Assembly: GCA_025544715.1 (NCBI GenBank)
Contig: GCA_025544715.1_4109.2
Length of the DNA: 64,000 nucleotides
Reading direction: 5' to 3' (one strand)
Source of the DNA: Escherichia coli
Lineage (GTDB): Bacteria; Pseudomonadota; Gammaproteobacteria; Enterobacterales; Enterobacteriaceae
In this document: positions 1 to 11,990 of the stretch, piece after piece
How positions within the stretch are numbered: position 1 is the stretch's first letter
How the letters are laid out: each line of letters starts with the position of its first letter
Made by a program: the position numbers and the translations under genes
The notes under the pieces: generated by a model
Database searches by the model: none
The model's input: only the letters and a program-made list of their open reading frames with translations
What the model was told of the DNA's origin: nothing

Positions 1-243
1 TCACCAGTTTTGATTTTTTCCAAAAGTACATCTAAATCAGATTTTACATTTTGTTTTTGACTTACTTCACCATTAAGAATTGAATTCAATTCTTTAGCAC
101 CTTCAACTGCTTCTTCATGTGTTTTAAATTCAACTGGTACATCAACACCATCCAGTACAATATTAAGCACTTTACCATCAACGTAGGCGTAGGAGTAAGA
201 TGCTTTTTTGAAAGAAATAGTTTTGAAGAAAATGTTGCTCATA
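1..243 (-). CDS. hypothetical protein, 3' end beyond window start
   Basis: Minus-strand ORF with ATG at 241-243 preceded by GGAG; runs off the window edge; not in the ORF track. Confidence 0.4.
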
Positions 244-255
244 TTGATATACTCC

Positions 256-597
256 TTAGTGCCCACTAGCTGGGAAGGTTTTAAACATATAGTGACATTG
301 TACTAAATCATCGAACTTCAATCCGAAATCTTTAGTACCCATCAGTGTGTGGTAAAAATAATGCGAAATTGTATTAGTTTCAGCGTCTTTAACATAGATA
401 CCAAATTCGGTACAGCAAAACTGAACAACTTCATTATAACTTTCTAACTTGGAAATTACAAGTACTTGATCATAAGAATTTTTATCAAATCCAATGATGT
501 ACATTTCCTCTGTTTCTGGGTGTACAATCATCCCACCGCGAGAAATAATTTTCTCGAAGTTACTGCTCAAGTACTGAATTGTTGAACTTAAGTTCAT
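256..597 (-). CDS. hypothetical protein
   Basis: 113-aa ORF in a co-directional minus-strand array; no recognisable motif. Confidence 0.45.
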   Translation of the reverse strand: MNLSSTIQYLSSNFEKIISRGGMIVHPETEEMYIIGFDKNSYDQVLVISKLESYNEVVQFCCTEFGIYVKDAETNTISHYFYHTLMGTKDFGLKFDDLVQCHYMFKTFPASGH

Positions 598-807
598 TTA
601 CAACTCCTTACGTATTACTCGTCCGGTAAGATGTTCATCTGTACAGAACTTCATTATAAATGCTTTTAGATGGAAGTCTTCTAAAATTCTATATGCTTGC
701 TTTTTCATAACGACTTCCTTCTTCTCCACATCAACAATTATATCATGTTTCTCGTGAAGTTCCTGGATCATTTGATATGAATTCAAACTTAGTACGCTCA
801 TAACCAC
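598..807 (-). CDS. hypothetical protein
   Basis: 69-aa ORF abutting the upstream gene. Confidence 0.35.
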   Translation of the reverse strand: MVMSVLSLNSYQMIQELHEKHDIIVDVEKKEVVMKKQAYRILEDFHLKAFIMKFCTDEHLTGRVIRKEL

Positions 808-1117
808 CTATGTCCTCCATCTCCCACAAAATTTGAACTGCCACTTCTAATTCGTGGTGAATTTGAAAATAACCATTACTTGCAGTGTAGATGTAGCCAT
901 TTTTAGTAATTGCATAACCCCACTTTTTACTTTGAGAATGCATCTCACGTTTCAACCCATAAGGGGAAGGTGGCTTCTTGACTGGTTCTGGTTCTCGGTT
1001 TTCGTTGTAAATCTCTTGTTCGATTCGCAACGCTTTATGATATGAGTATACATGAATCAGGCGACAAAGTACAATAGTAATGCAACAAATAATTGTAAAT
1101 GTGATCAAGCTCATCAA
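743..1117 (-). CDS. hypothetical protein, hydrophobic N-terminus
   Basis: 124-aa ORF; N-terminal hydrophobic stretch (LITFTIICCITIVLC); overlaps the 598-807 ORF so one start is probably wrong. Confidence 0.4.
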   Translation of the reverse strand: MMSLITFTIICCITIVLCRLIHVYSYHKALRIEQEIYNENREPEPVKKPPSPYGLKREMHSQSKKWGYAITKNGYIYTASNGYFQIHHELEVAVQILWEMEDIGGYERTKFEFISNDPGTSRET

Positions 1118-1533
1118 TTTGCCCTCTGCCTAGATACATATTCATTAATTGCATCTTCCAAATCATACCCTGACATTTTTACATTATCAATAGAAACATG
1201 ATATTTTTTCAGCACTTTTTGTCCAGCAGTGTTCTCCCATATCGACCCATCAGGTTCAATATGAACTTTATGGTTCAGGATGAAATCGAACATTTCTTCT
1301 TTTGATAAGTTTGCTTTACGGGTTTCAATGTGATTAGTATTAAGTAATTCACGAGTATGTTTAATGCCATATTCAGTGTGCTCACCAACACTACGATGCA
1401 AAACTTTTAACTGCTCGGCAGCAGTTTCTTCATCATAAACATGAATAGTTTCAGTACTATATAAAATATCCTGAATATTACCAGTACTTACTTCTGTCCA
1501 AGTGTCTTTGAAATGAATTTTGATTGTTTTCAT
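1114..1533 (-). CDS. hypothetical protein
   Basis: 139-aa ORF, 4-nt overlap with downstream gene. Confidence 0.45.
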   Translation of the reverse strand: MKTIKIHFKDTWTEVSTGNIQDILYSTETIHVYDEETAAEQLKVLHRSVGEHTEYGIKHTRELLNTNHIETRKANLSKEEMFDFILNHKVHIEPDGSIWENTAGQKVLKKYHVSIDNVKMSGYDLEDAINEYVSRQRAN

Positions 1534-1544
1534 AGAAGCTCGTA

Positions 1545-1991
1545 TTAGTTATATGCTGTGAATAGATCAATGTTTTTATCATCTACACTGATTAATTTGC
1601 CAGTTGAACTAACAAACACAATATTTCCACCTGGCGTTAGTTGAACACGCTGGTTTACTGAATATTGCCCATTAAGGTTGTAATCAGCCCATTCGACTAC
1701 ATAACGTTGAATAACACCGTTAGTATCATAAAGATAAACGTGTGTCACGTCACGCATTTTCAAACGTTCCAACAATGTAGAGTTATCCATGAAATCAGAT
1801 GGTGTATTGCTGCGTAAAGCAATACCAAACTCACCGATACCAGTACTAATTGTCAGTCCGTTTGAAAAACGGCTACAAAGAGTCTTCTCATCAGCAATAT
1901 GCATCCATAAAACATTCTTTACATCAATATCAACAAATTCACAGTTTTCAAAAACCAAACCTACTTTGGAAACTTTACCATTAAATTGCAT
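1545..1991 (-). CDS. hypothetical protein
   Basis: 148-aa ORF. Confidence 0.45.
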   Translation of the reverse strand: MQFNGKVSKVGLVFENCEFVDIDVKNVLWMHIADEKTLCSRFSNGLTISTGIGEFGIALRSNTPSDFMDNSTLLERLKMRDVTHVYLYDTNGVIQRYVVEWADYNLNGQYSVNQRVQLTPGGNIVFVSSTGKLISVDDKNIDLFTAYN

Positions 1992-2436
1992 TAGTAACTC
2001 CTATTTTTTTATATTTTAAAATTAAATCACTCACGGCTTTCATTAGATTATATGGAATAGCTAACTCTTTAACAGTACTATCCATAAAATGTTCTTCTTC
2101 GGTATCATAAAATGTTGAACTATAGTGTTCACAATCATTTATACTATCATAAAAAGAAGACGTAAGTTTATCGACAATGACAGTGATTTGTTTACCAGTT
2201 TTGGTATATCCTACCTGAACGGTTAATCCAATATCCTCAGCCTCTACACGAATTATAAACGAATTATTAGTATAGTTCAGCCAACAATCTTCACCAAAGT
2301 ATACAACACTGTGTTTCTTCTGAAATGAAGTAGCGGTGTTAAGAACACCAATAGCAACATCAACTGTTTTTTCATTTAAAATATTAGACATTTGTGTTCC
2401 TGCTTCGTATGTTTCGTGAAATCTCAAAAATACCAT
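1981..2436 (-). CDS. EE-FQ-S C-terminal-module family protein
   Basis: C-terminus TEEEHFMDSTVKEL...; shared motif with >=19 other ORFs in the window. Confidence 0.5.
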   Translation of the reverse strand: MVFLRFHETYEAGTQMSNILNEKTVDVAIGVLNTATSFQKKHSVVYFGEDCWLNYTNNSFIIRVEAEDIGLTVQVGYTKTGKQITVIVDKLTSSFYDSINDCEHYSSTFYDTEEEHFMDSTVKELAIPYNLMKAVSDLILKYKKIGVTNAI

Positions 2437-2812
2437 TCAACTGTTCAACAGTTAAACCCTGTAAATCATAAACAGTTGATAGTTGAAAGAAAAGTTCTGA
2501 ATCTATAGTATCATGTTCAATTGGAAGATTCAAGAGGTCTTTGTTAATAAAATAATCATATGTTCGAATTGTCAAAGAATCACCAAAGATATCAATGTAA
2601 AATTTCGGAACATTATGTAACGAAACATCTATTAATATGTTTTCAGCCTCTCTACAAGAAATTTTAGAATTATTTTTATAAGATTGGAATGAAAAATTAT
2701 AAGGTTCATCGACCGATGTGTATGATGAGGTATCACCTTCGGAAAATATTACACCACATTCAATAAGATGTGTTAACGACTTAGGTGGAATTTTTAACAT
2801 TTCACTTCCCAT
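2384..2812 (-). CDS. EE-FQ-S C-terminal-module family protein
   Basis: C-terminus DSELFFQLSTVYDLQGLTVEQLNGIF. Confidence 0.5.
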   Translation of the reverse strand: MGSEMLKIPPKSLTHLIECGVIFSEGDTSSYTSVDEPYNFSFQSYKNNSKISCREAENILIDVSLHNVPKFYIDIFGDSLTIRTYDYFINKDLLNLPIEHDTIDSELFFQLSTVYDLQGLTVEQLNGIFEISRNIRSRNTNV

Positions 2813-3221
2813 CCTTACTCATATTACTACGAATCACCCCACTAAGAAAACATATTTTCCTTAATGTATCATAACTGATATTTGTAAGATCATGTACAAA
2901 ATTCAACTGCAAGTACATTTCTTCAGTTAATTGATTAAATGTATCATCAACACAAATGTTAGTATGTTCCGTTATGTCTATTTCTATATTATTTTCCCAA
3001 ATATCAATGCTAACAGCATAGTCTGATGTATGCCTGGATTGAACTGAAATAAAAATATTATTACTGTTGTATAATGTCTCGGTGTACCCATTCAAAAATG
3101 ATCCAACGACAACATCAAAAATGCCATCTCTAATTGGGTTTTTTGTTTCAAACGTATCACTACAAACTTGACGGTATACAATGTCAACATACTTATCAAT
3201 TAAAGTAAACAAATAACTCAT
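2802..3221 (-). CDS. EE-FQ-S C-terminal-module family protein
   Basis: C-terminus TEEMYLQLNFVHDLTNISYDTL; start moved to ATG at 3219-3221 (GGTGA RBS) because the track start at 3230 is GTG. Confidence 0.5.
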   Translation of the reverse strand: MSYLFTLIDKYVDIVYRQVCSDTFETKNPIRDGIFDVVVGSFLNGYTETLYNSNNIFISVQSRHTSDYAVSIDIWENNIEIDITEHTNICVDDTFNQLTEEMYLQLNFVHDLTNISYDTLRKICFLSGVIRSNMSKDGK

Positions 3222-3239
3222 TACATTCACCTATATAAG

Positions 3240-3275
3240 AAAAAAGGCCGATTCATTGAATCAGCCTTAAGTATA
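3240..3275 (-). terminator. rho-independent terminator (hairpin + U-run)
   Basis: Minus-strand GGCTGATTCA-atg-AATCGGCC followed by TTTTTT. Confidence 0.45.
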
Positions 3276-3454
3276 ACATGTAAGAAGTTAAAATGTCAAC
3301 TTCTAAATTACAGCATCCAAGAGGAATAAAAAGATACTGTTAGAGGGTAACGAATATAATGAATTTGAGGGTAATATCATTATACGTAAAAAGTGATAGC
3401 TTCTATACATAAGGAGGAATCAGTACTGACTAGAAGCTATCGGGTTAAACGATT

Positions 3455-3739
3455 TCAGTACTGAGTGTTTAGTTTAGGATGAGTATTTCCATCTTCGATT
3501 TGTTTTAGAATCGAGTCACGAATTTCTACTGCCCCTTGATAACTATATTTATCTTTTGGGATCACCCATGTATATTCACCATCAGTGGTTTTAAAATCAA
3601 TACATGGATTATCCCTGTATTCAGATGCAATGATTGAAATAACATGTAATGAATTCAATGAATGATTTGTATAAGGATAATTGTTATTGTCTCTGAACGT
3701 GAATGTTTTTAGTTCATCAGGTGCAACAATGAATTCCAT
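3455..3739 (-). CDS. hypothetical protein
   Basis: 94-aa ORF. Confidence 0.45.
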   Translation of the reverse strand: MEFIVAPDELKTFTFRDNNNYPYTNHSLNSLHVISIIASEYRDNPCIDFKTTDGEYTWVIPKDKYSYQGAVEIRDSILKQIEDGNTHPKLNTQY

Positions 3740-3930
3740 TATTCATCCTCGTACTTCTTGAATGGTGGAACATCTACCTTGAAGTCTTTGCACATCTTAG
3801 TTGTACGAACTTCAGTATTGTTGTGATAATTTTTCTTAAATTCATAAGAAACATAATTACGAATACCAGGTGTATGAATAATAGCAAGAACCAATGTACG
3901 ACCAAACAAGCATAATAAATTCCAGAACAT
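3739..3930 (-). CDS. hypothetical small protein
   Basis: 63-aa ORF, 1-nt overlap with neighbour. Confidence 0.35.
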   Translation of the reverse strand: MFWNLLCLFGRTLVLAIIHTPGIRNYVSYEFKKNYHNNTEVRTTKMCKDFKVDVPPFKKYEDE

Positions 3931-3939
3931 ATGAATCTC

Positions 3940-4305
3940 CTAATTGTGGGTTTTAACTAAACGTGAGACAGCTAGTATAGCATTAACCTCATCCAATGTC
4001 AACCCACCAATGTCATTAATCATTGAGTACTGAAATAGTGATTCTTCAGTGTAATGGTAATCATGAGAAGCAATAAAGATTGCTGGTTTAGATGCATCCA
4101 AAATTATCTTTGTCATTGTACTATATATATCAAATTGATACAATAGATTTTCACTTGTATATGCTATGTAGATATTATTTGAATAGGCTGGATGTACCAT
4201 TGTAAAACCATCATAACATAATATTTTTATGTTCGGATCGTCAAAATTGCCTGTATAAAGGTTATTACAAACATCTTGCATTATACGTACTATTAGACTA
4301 GTCAT
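3940..4305 (-). CDS. EE-FQ-S C-terminal-module family protein
   Basis: C-terminus TEESLFQYSMINDIGGLTLDEVNAILAVSRLV. Confidence 0.5.
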   Translation of the reverse strand: MTSLIVRIMQDVCNNLYTGNFDDPNIKILCYDGFTMVHPAYSNNIYIAYTSENLLYQFDIYSTMTKIILDASKPAIFIASHDYHYTEESLFQYSMINDIGGLTLDEVNAILAVSRLVKTHN

Positions 4306-4729
4306 TTAATGGATTTAGTACCTCTTCTGGAATCAACTTTTGAACTTTAAGTATAGCTTTAATGTCATCAAATGTCAATCCACGTAGGTCGTTTAGGAGG
4401 CAGTACTGGAAGAATTTTTCTTCAGTATTTATATCGTCAATATTCATTTGGATTGATTCGTTATCATCATCATAATCATAATCTTCATTATCACAATAAT
4501 AACTTCTGAATATAACTCGTTCAAAATACACATCAAATGAATAAAAATGATTATCGATTTCATATCCAAGAAAAATATTAAAACATGTATTTAAATCTGT
4601 TGTTTCATTTAAATTTGTGTCAAAACAAAAAACTCGCACTTCACCAATATCATCTATATATTCATCTTTGAGTGACCATGTGTTGTTTTTTAATACATAG
4701 TTCACAAGTTCAACGATGTTGTATTTCAT
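4298..4729 (-). CDS. EE-FQ-S C-terminal-module family protein
   Basis: C-terminus TEEKFFQYCLLNDLRGLTFDDIKAILKVQKLI. Confidence 0.5.
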   Translation of the reverse strand: MKYNIVELVNYVLKNNTWSLKDEYIDDIGEVRVFCFDTNLNETTDLNTCFNIFLGYEIDNHFYSFDVYFERVIFRSYYCDNEDYDYDDDNESIQMNIDDINTEEKFFQYCLLNDLRGLTFDDIKAILKVQKLIPEEVLNPLND

Positions 4730-4741
4730 AGTGTACCTTTA

Positions 4742-4791
<50 letters not shown>

Positions 4792-4848
4792 TAATTGAGA
4801 AGTAAGATAACCAACAAGTCTCCATACTCTTTCGCATTGAGGGGAGGC

Positions 4849-4930
<82 letters not shown>

Positions 4931-4934
4931 AGCA

Positions 4935-4981
<47 letters not shown>

Positions 4982-5024
4982 ATTGGCCTCTTTATGTTAA
5001 AAACCCCAGTTTTCTTCTTGAACC

Positions 5025-5122
<98 letters not shown>

Positions 5123-5141
5123 GCATACTCGAAGTACCTCT

Positions 5142-5290
<149 letters not shown>

Positions 5291-5291
5291 G

Positions 5292-5765
<474 letters not shown>

Positions 5766-5777
5766 TTAAATACTCTC

Positions 5778-6457
<680 letters not shown>

Positions 6458-6463
6458 AACTTA

Positions 6464-7003
6464 TTAACGTTCATCATCATGAATCTCACGATGACAATTA
6501 GCACAAACCATAATACATTTATCTAGTTCTATTTTGATTTTTTCAAAAGAACGAGTTGAACCTTCTTGACTAATTGAAAAATCTTTCTGTGAAGGGTCAA
6601 TATGGTGAAATTCTAATGCCGCAATGCATTTATTATAACCACACTTTTCGCAGCAACCACCTTTGTATTCAACAGCTAATATTTTTAATTTTCTACGTCT
6701 ATCCGAAACACGTTGACTGTCACATTTTGAGCATTTCCATTTACCTTGTGAATTTAAATCATAATTCTTATTGTGTATTTCACAAAATCTCATTTCATTC
6801 GTTGACTTTGGTCGTTTAACACCATGTGATTCAATAATGTTATTGATTCTTGATCTATTACACTTATATTCTTTGGCTAAACCGTAAATTGGCATACCAT
6901 TTAAATACTTCTGAATTATTTCATTCTCTGGTAATTTAGAACTTTTCGCCTTTATTGCTTCGGCTATTTTGTTGCGTGTTTCTTCTGATTGTTTTCGTCC
7001 CAT
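6464..7003 (-). mobile_element. HNH homing endonuclease
   Basis: N-terminal EETRNKIAEAIK (NUMOD3-like), helix-turn-helix-like segment, Cys pairs, C-terminal EFHHID...CANCHREIH HNH motif; sits next to a tRNA cluster. Confidence 0.7.
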
Positions 7004-7069
7004 GAACCTTAGACCTCATAATATCCATTATGATATTATTTATTGTTCCAAGGTTCATAGTTAATTTGC

Positions 7070-7152
7070 TGGTAGTACTGGAGTCGAACCAGTCTTGTCA
7101 TTTCTGACACGGATTAACAGTCCGTTGCATAAGGCCGATATGCTAACTACCA
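7070..7152 (-). tRNA. type II tRNA (long variable arm), anticodon read as GTT
   Basis: 7-bp acceptor TGGTAGT/ACTACCA, D-stem GCAT/ATGC, anticodon stem ACGGA/TCCGT with loop CTGTTAA, variable hairpin GTCAGAAATGAC, T-arm ACTGG-TTCGACT-CCAGT; tRNA-Tyr-like body with an Asn anticodon. Confidence 0.55.
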
Positions 7153-7164
7153 TTTGTTTTAAAT

Positions 7165-7244
<80 letters not shown>

Positions 7245-7247
7245 GTA

Positions 7248-7741
<494 letters not shown>

Positions 7742-8103
7742 ATCACCAACTTTAATTAAAAAAATGGATGGTGACGCGTTTAAACGCCGCTGTTAATTCA
7801 GCTTTATAACCACCCGTTTTAACTTACCTTTCGGCTACCTTGACGTGGGGCGTACAGGCTACTAAAAGCAACTTCTGTAAACATATTTCCACGCCTTACC
7901 ATTTTAAATAAAAGTCCATCCGGTTTTCCAGTTTGGTGAAGGACTGTCACCTCTAGTTTCAACCTGCTAGTCAAGTAATAATTGCCTATCGTCCAATTAT
8001 CAAACCCGTCTAGGTTAACATTCACCACTTCCTAGAGTACCAGAGATCTTGTTCTGGATAGCATCGACGTAACTTACACCATATACGTCTGATTGTGGAA
8101 TTC

Positions 8104-8128
8104 ATTATATCAGTACTGAACTATTTAG

Positions 8129-8132
<4 letters not shown>
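8104..8132 (-). promoter_or_regulatory. early-type sigma70 promoter (TTGACT-17-TATAAT)
   Basis: Same architecture and spacer as 7345-7373 (TTGACTaaatagttcagtactgaTATAAT). Confidence 0.6.
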
Positions 8133-8541
<409 letters not shown>

Positions 8542-8554
8542 GCTTTTTTTTTAA

Positions 8555-8715
<161 letters not shown>

Positions 8716-8719
<4 letters not shown>

Positions 8720-8876
8720 ATTCGTACCAGTAGTTCAATTAAGTACATTTCATATGCTGGATCGTTGATAAGTTTATCATACAGATGTGGCTCTGAAATG
8801 AATTCCCAATGATACTCTAACCACTTACCAAAACCTGCATATCTAAAATTAATGTCATTCATCCATTCTTCATGTG

Positions 8877-8880
<4 letters not shown>
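8716..8880 (-). CDS. MTHEEW-family small protein (54 aa)
   Basis: Hand-translated MTHEEWMNDINFRYAGFGKW...; ATGA stop/start overlap on both sides. Confidence 0.55.
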
Positions 8881-9140
<260 letters not shown>

Positions 9141-9145
9141 TATTT

Positions 9146-9273
<128 letters not shown>

Positions 9274-9277
9274 TTAT

Positions 9278-9496
9278 TTATGCAAGTGCTTTAGATACAC
9301 CGACACCAATAATTCCAGTGATAGCGATATGGATATTGACAAGTTGATTACTATCATATGGGTTTGTTTCTGTAATAACCAATGTTGTATCATTGACTAA
9401 AACCACAGTGCCTTTTACACGATACCCATGTAGTAGTACTTGAACCTCATCTTCAGGTTTTAATGATTGAATAACTTCAAATAAAGTTGTTTCCAT
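9278..9496 (-). CDS. hypothetical small protein
   Basis: 72-aa ORF. Confidence 0.4.
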   Translation of the reverse strand: METTLFEVIQSLKPEDEVQVLLHGYRVKGTVVLVNDTTLVITETNPYDSNQLVNIHIAITGIIGVGVSKALA

Positions 9497-9512
9497 TTTT
9501 TATATTCCTTGT

Positions 9513-9695
9513 TTAGTTTTGATTATTTGATTTTCTAAATGCCAGTTCGCATATAAACCAAGGTTTTCTGGTATCCAAAACATATGACCTGAAAAGATTT
9601 TCATCTCTTAAGATATCATAATGTACCTGACGAATGCCATTTCCAAAGCAATCATGTTCTTTATGCTGTTTGGACATCCATTCTTCGTGTGTCAT
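9513..9695 (-). CDS. MTHEEW-family small protein (60 aa)
   Basis: Track ORF 9513-9713 contains MTHEEWMSKQHKEHDCFGNGIRQVHYD; start moved to the conserved MTHEEW ATG at 9695. Confidence 0.5.
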   Translation of the reverse strand: MTHEEWMSKQHKEHDCFGNGIRQVHYDILRDENLFRSYVLDTRKPWFICELAFRKSNNQN

Positions 9696-9696
9696 T

Positions 9697-10032
<336 letters not shown>

Positions 10033-10037
10033 TCTTA

Positions 10038-10214
10038 CTATTTTTTGTCTCTAATTGCAAGCTCATAGATGAACCAGTGGTTGCTATCCCCATCCAATAC
10101 AAATGATTTGAAAAGTTGTTTATCTTTTAACACATCATAATGACCTTGGCGTATACCAAAACCAAAAGGATTATGTTTGAATTTTAGTTCATCTAACCAT
10201 TCTTCATGTGTCAT
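10038..10214 (-). CDS. MTHEEW-family small protein (~58 aa)
   Basis: Hand-translated MTHEEWLDELKFKHNPFGFGIRQGHYDVLKD...; same conserved 5' nucleotide block. Confidence 0.45.
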   Translation of the reverse strand: MTHEEWLDELKFKHNPFGFGIRQGHYDVLKDKQLFKSFVLDGDSNHWFIYELAIRDKK

Positions 10215-10444
10215 CTCTTAATATCCATAACGGCTATACTAAAATATGTACTAAAATCATCACAGTGAATGATATTGTTATAGTACGATTCGGGATCATT
10301 TAACAATAAAAACAACTCCAACTTAAAAAAGTATACATCACCTGCATTTATATTGTAATGCATTTGATACCACTCGTCAAATGTTTTAGGCTGCACTGTA
10401 TTTACCTTTATAAAAATCCATAATTTTAGATAACAGTACTGCAA
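10211..10444 (-). CDS. possible degenerate MTHEEW-like paralogue
   Basis: Track ORF contains KTFDEWYQMHYNINAGD resembling MTHEEWMNDINFRYAGFG; track start is TTG and it overlaps the neighbour's 3' end, so it may be a decayed copy. Confidence 0.3.
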   Translation of the reverse strand: MQYCYLKLWIFIKVNTVQPKTFDEWYQMHYNINAGDVYFFKLELFLLLNDPESYYNNIIHCDDFSTYFSIAVMDIKR

Positions 10445-10790
10445 TAGTATAATCTAAATCTGGATAAAGTAAATTGTACTGAAATTCTTCCTCTACACTG
10501 TAGTTAGTGGTGCAGTACTGGTAGTCTTTATAACCTATTGAAAAATAATTCGGATACAATGTACAACGAAAACGATATGCTTCATCTGTCATATAATCAT
10601 TGTATTCAACACAGAAGTATAGTGATTTGGCATTTAATTCAATAAGCTCAACGAAACCATCTGGTAATGAATGGTTATAAATGACTGAATCTTCATTAAA
10701 CCATTCATAGTATTTTTCCAAAAAATCACTAATGGACACATCCAGACTTTGTATAGGTGGAGTTATGATAATTTGAACTTCGTTATTCAT
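10386..10790 (-). CDS. EE-FQ-S C-terminal-module family protein
   Basis: C-terminal region YSVEEEFQYNLLYPDLDYTIAVLL. Confidence 0.45.
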   Translation of the reverse strand: MNNEVQIIITPPIQSLDVSISDFLEKYYEWFNEDSVIYNHSLPDGFVELIELNAKSLYFCVEYNDYMTDEAYRFRCTLYPNYFSIGYKDYQYCTTNYSVEEEFQYNLLYPDLDYTIAVLLSKIMDFYKGKYSAA

Positions 10791-11335
10791 TTCGACCCCT
10801 TACTATATTTCACGTATGGGCTATCATACAGATCATAACTTTTTTGTGCACGTTCTTTTCGGCGTTCATACATGATTCTATCATACTCTTTAGCTTTCTG
10901 ATTTGCTTCATTATACAATTTTAAAATTAGCAAAAATGCATCAAGATCGGGATAGTTTGCTGGATTGATAGTACTCAGCATAAATCGTTCTTCTTCAGTT
11001 CTAGCTAAGTCAAATTCATACTTAATAGTTTTATACCCACTCCATTTATATATATGCGTTACTTTATTAGTAAGTACATTATATTCAACGAAGTCAGTAC
11101 TACCATCAAGTACACGAGTAATCTTAATAGATGTACCAATGACAATCTGTACAGAACTCATTTCTGAAGTTTTAAAGTAATAAATGTTATTACGGCGAAG
11201 ATTAACTTCTCGATCTCCAATGCGAACATGCTTAATAACTTCCATTAATGGTTCTGGTACACCACGAATTGGCATGTTAATGCTCCTTTTTAATTCTATA
11301 CATTTTAACAGCACTGGTTTCCCAAAAGTCACCAT
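10787..11335 (-). CDS. EE-FQ-S module family protein with C-terminal extension
   Basis: ARTEEERFMLSTINPANYPDLDAFLLILKLY followed by ~45 more residues. Confidence 0.45.
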   Translation of the reverse strand: MVTFGKPVLLKCIELKRSINMPIRGVPEPLMEVIKHVRIGDREVNLRRNNIYYFKTSEMSSVQIVIGTSIKITRVLDGSTDFVEYNVLTNKVTHIYKWSGYKTIKYEFDLARTEEERFMLSTINPANYPDLDAFLLILKLYNEANQKAKEYDRIMYERRKERAQKSYDLYDSPYVKYSKGSK

Positions 11336-11513
11336 CTAAGTTGCTGAATTTATATATAGTTTCGAGATTTTCACCATCAAACGAAAACAACACAACATCT
11401 TCTTGTACAGTGCCGTTATGTAACATGATATCATAAACTTCATTTCTTACAAATAATTCTTTGGCCTTAGAAATATCAAAATCAATAAATTTCATATATC
11501 CTCCTATTATCAT
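11277..11513 (-). CDS. hypothetical small protein
   Basis: 78-aa ORF. Confidence 0.35.
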   Translation of the reverse strand: MIIGGYMKFIDFDISKAKELFVRNEVYDIMLHNGTVQEDVVLFSFDGENLETIYKFSNLDGDFWETSAVKMYRIKKEH

Positions 11514-11543
11514 TATTTGTATTATATCAGAGTTTCATTGCAC

Positions 11544-11936
11544 TTACCAGCATGTTTTCATAACTTCTGTGATGTAAATCATTTTATCTTTTAGTGTGTA
11601 AGGGATGCAAATTTCACTAGGGCTTAACGTTGTGTTCTTTTGAAACTCATCTTCTTCGGAATCAGCCAGGTAAAATGGGTGCGTCACAAAGTTATCATCA
11701 ACAGGACGATTATGTGGTTTCATTAATGCATCATGATTTACAAAATAATATGCATCAATATCAGGACGGAAATATAAACAATCAACCTTTAAGCACGGGT
11801 GTAACCATAAGGACAAAGAATATGTTATTTGGTTACCAATTTGTCTTGGGCCTGATGCAATTGTATTGATGTTATTTTTATCTTGTACCATTTCATAAAT
11901 GAAATCTATCATTTCGTGTAGTTCTGATTCAGTCAT
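11544..11936 (-). CDS. EE-FQ-S C-terminal-module family protein (divergent)
   Basis: C-terminal region ADSEEDEFQKNTTLSPSEI. Confidence 0.45.
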   Translation of the reverse strand: MTESELHEMIDFIYEMVQDKNNINTIASGPRQIGNQITYSLSLWLHPCLKVDCLYFRPDIDAYYFVNHDALMKPHNRPVDDNFVTHPFYLADSEEDEFQKNTTLSPSEICIPYTLKDKMIYITEVMKTCW

Positions 11937-11946
11937 TTTATTTCCT

Positions 11947-11976
11947 TAAAAAAATACCCAGTACTTGACTGGGTAT
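11947..11976 (-). terminator. rho-independent terminator
   Basis: Perfect 9-bp stem ATACCCAGT/ACTGGGTAT, 5-nt loop, followed on the minus strand by a 7-nt U-run. Confidence 0.6.
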
Positions 11977-11990
11977 TTACAAAGTAACGT

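Noticed and set aside
854-1045. Plus-strand ORFs embedded in minus-strand genes (e.g. 854-1045, 5800-6033, 23587-23982, 42503-42739, 45412-45759)
   Set aside because: They lie wholly inside longer co-directional minus-strand genes, have no RBS, and have low-complexity translations; treated as shadow ORFs.
7819-8028. 69-aa minus-strand ORF downstream of the promoter at 8104-8132
   Set aside because: GTG start with no convincing RBS, in a GC-enriched palindrome-containing region; treated as non-coding and reported as a candidate structured RNA.
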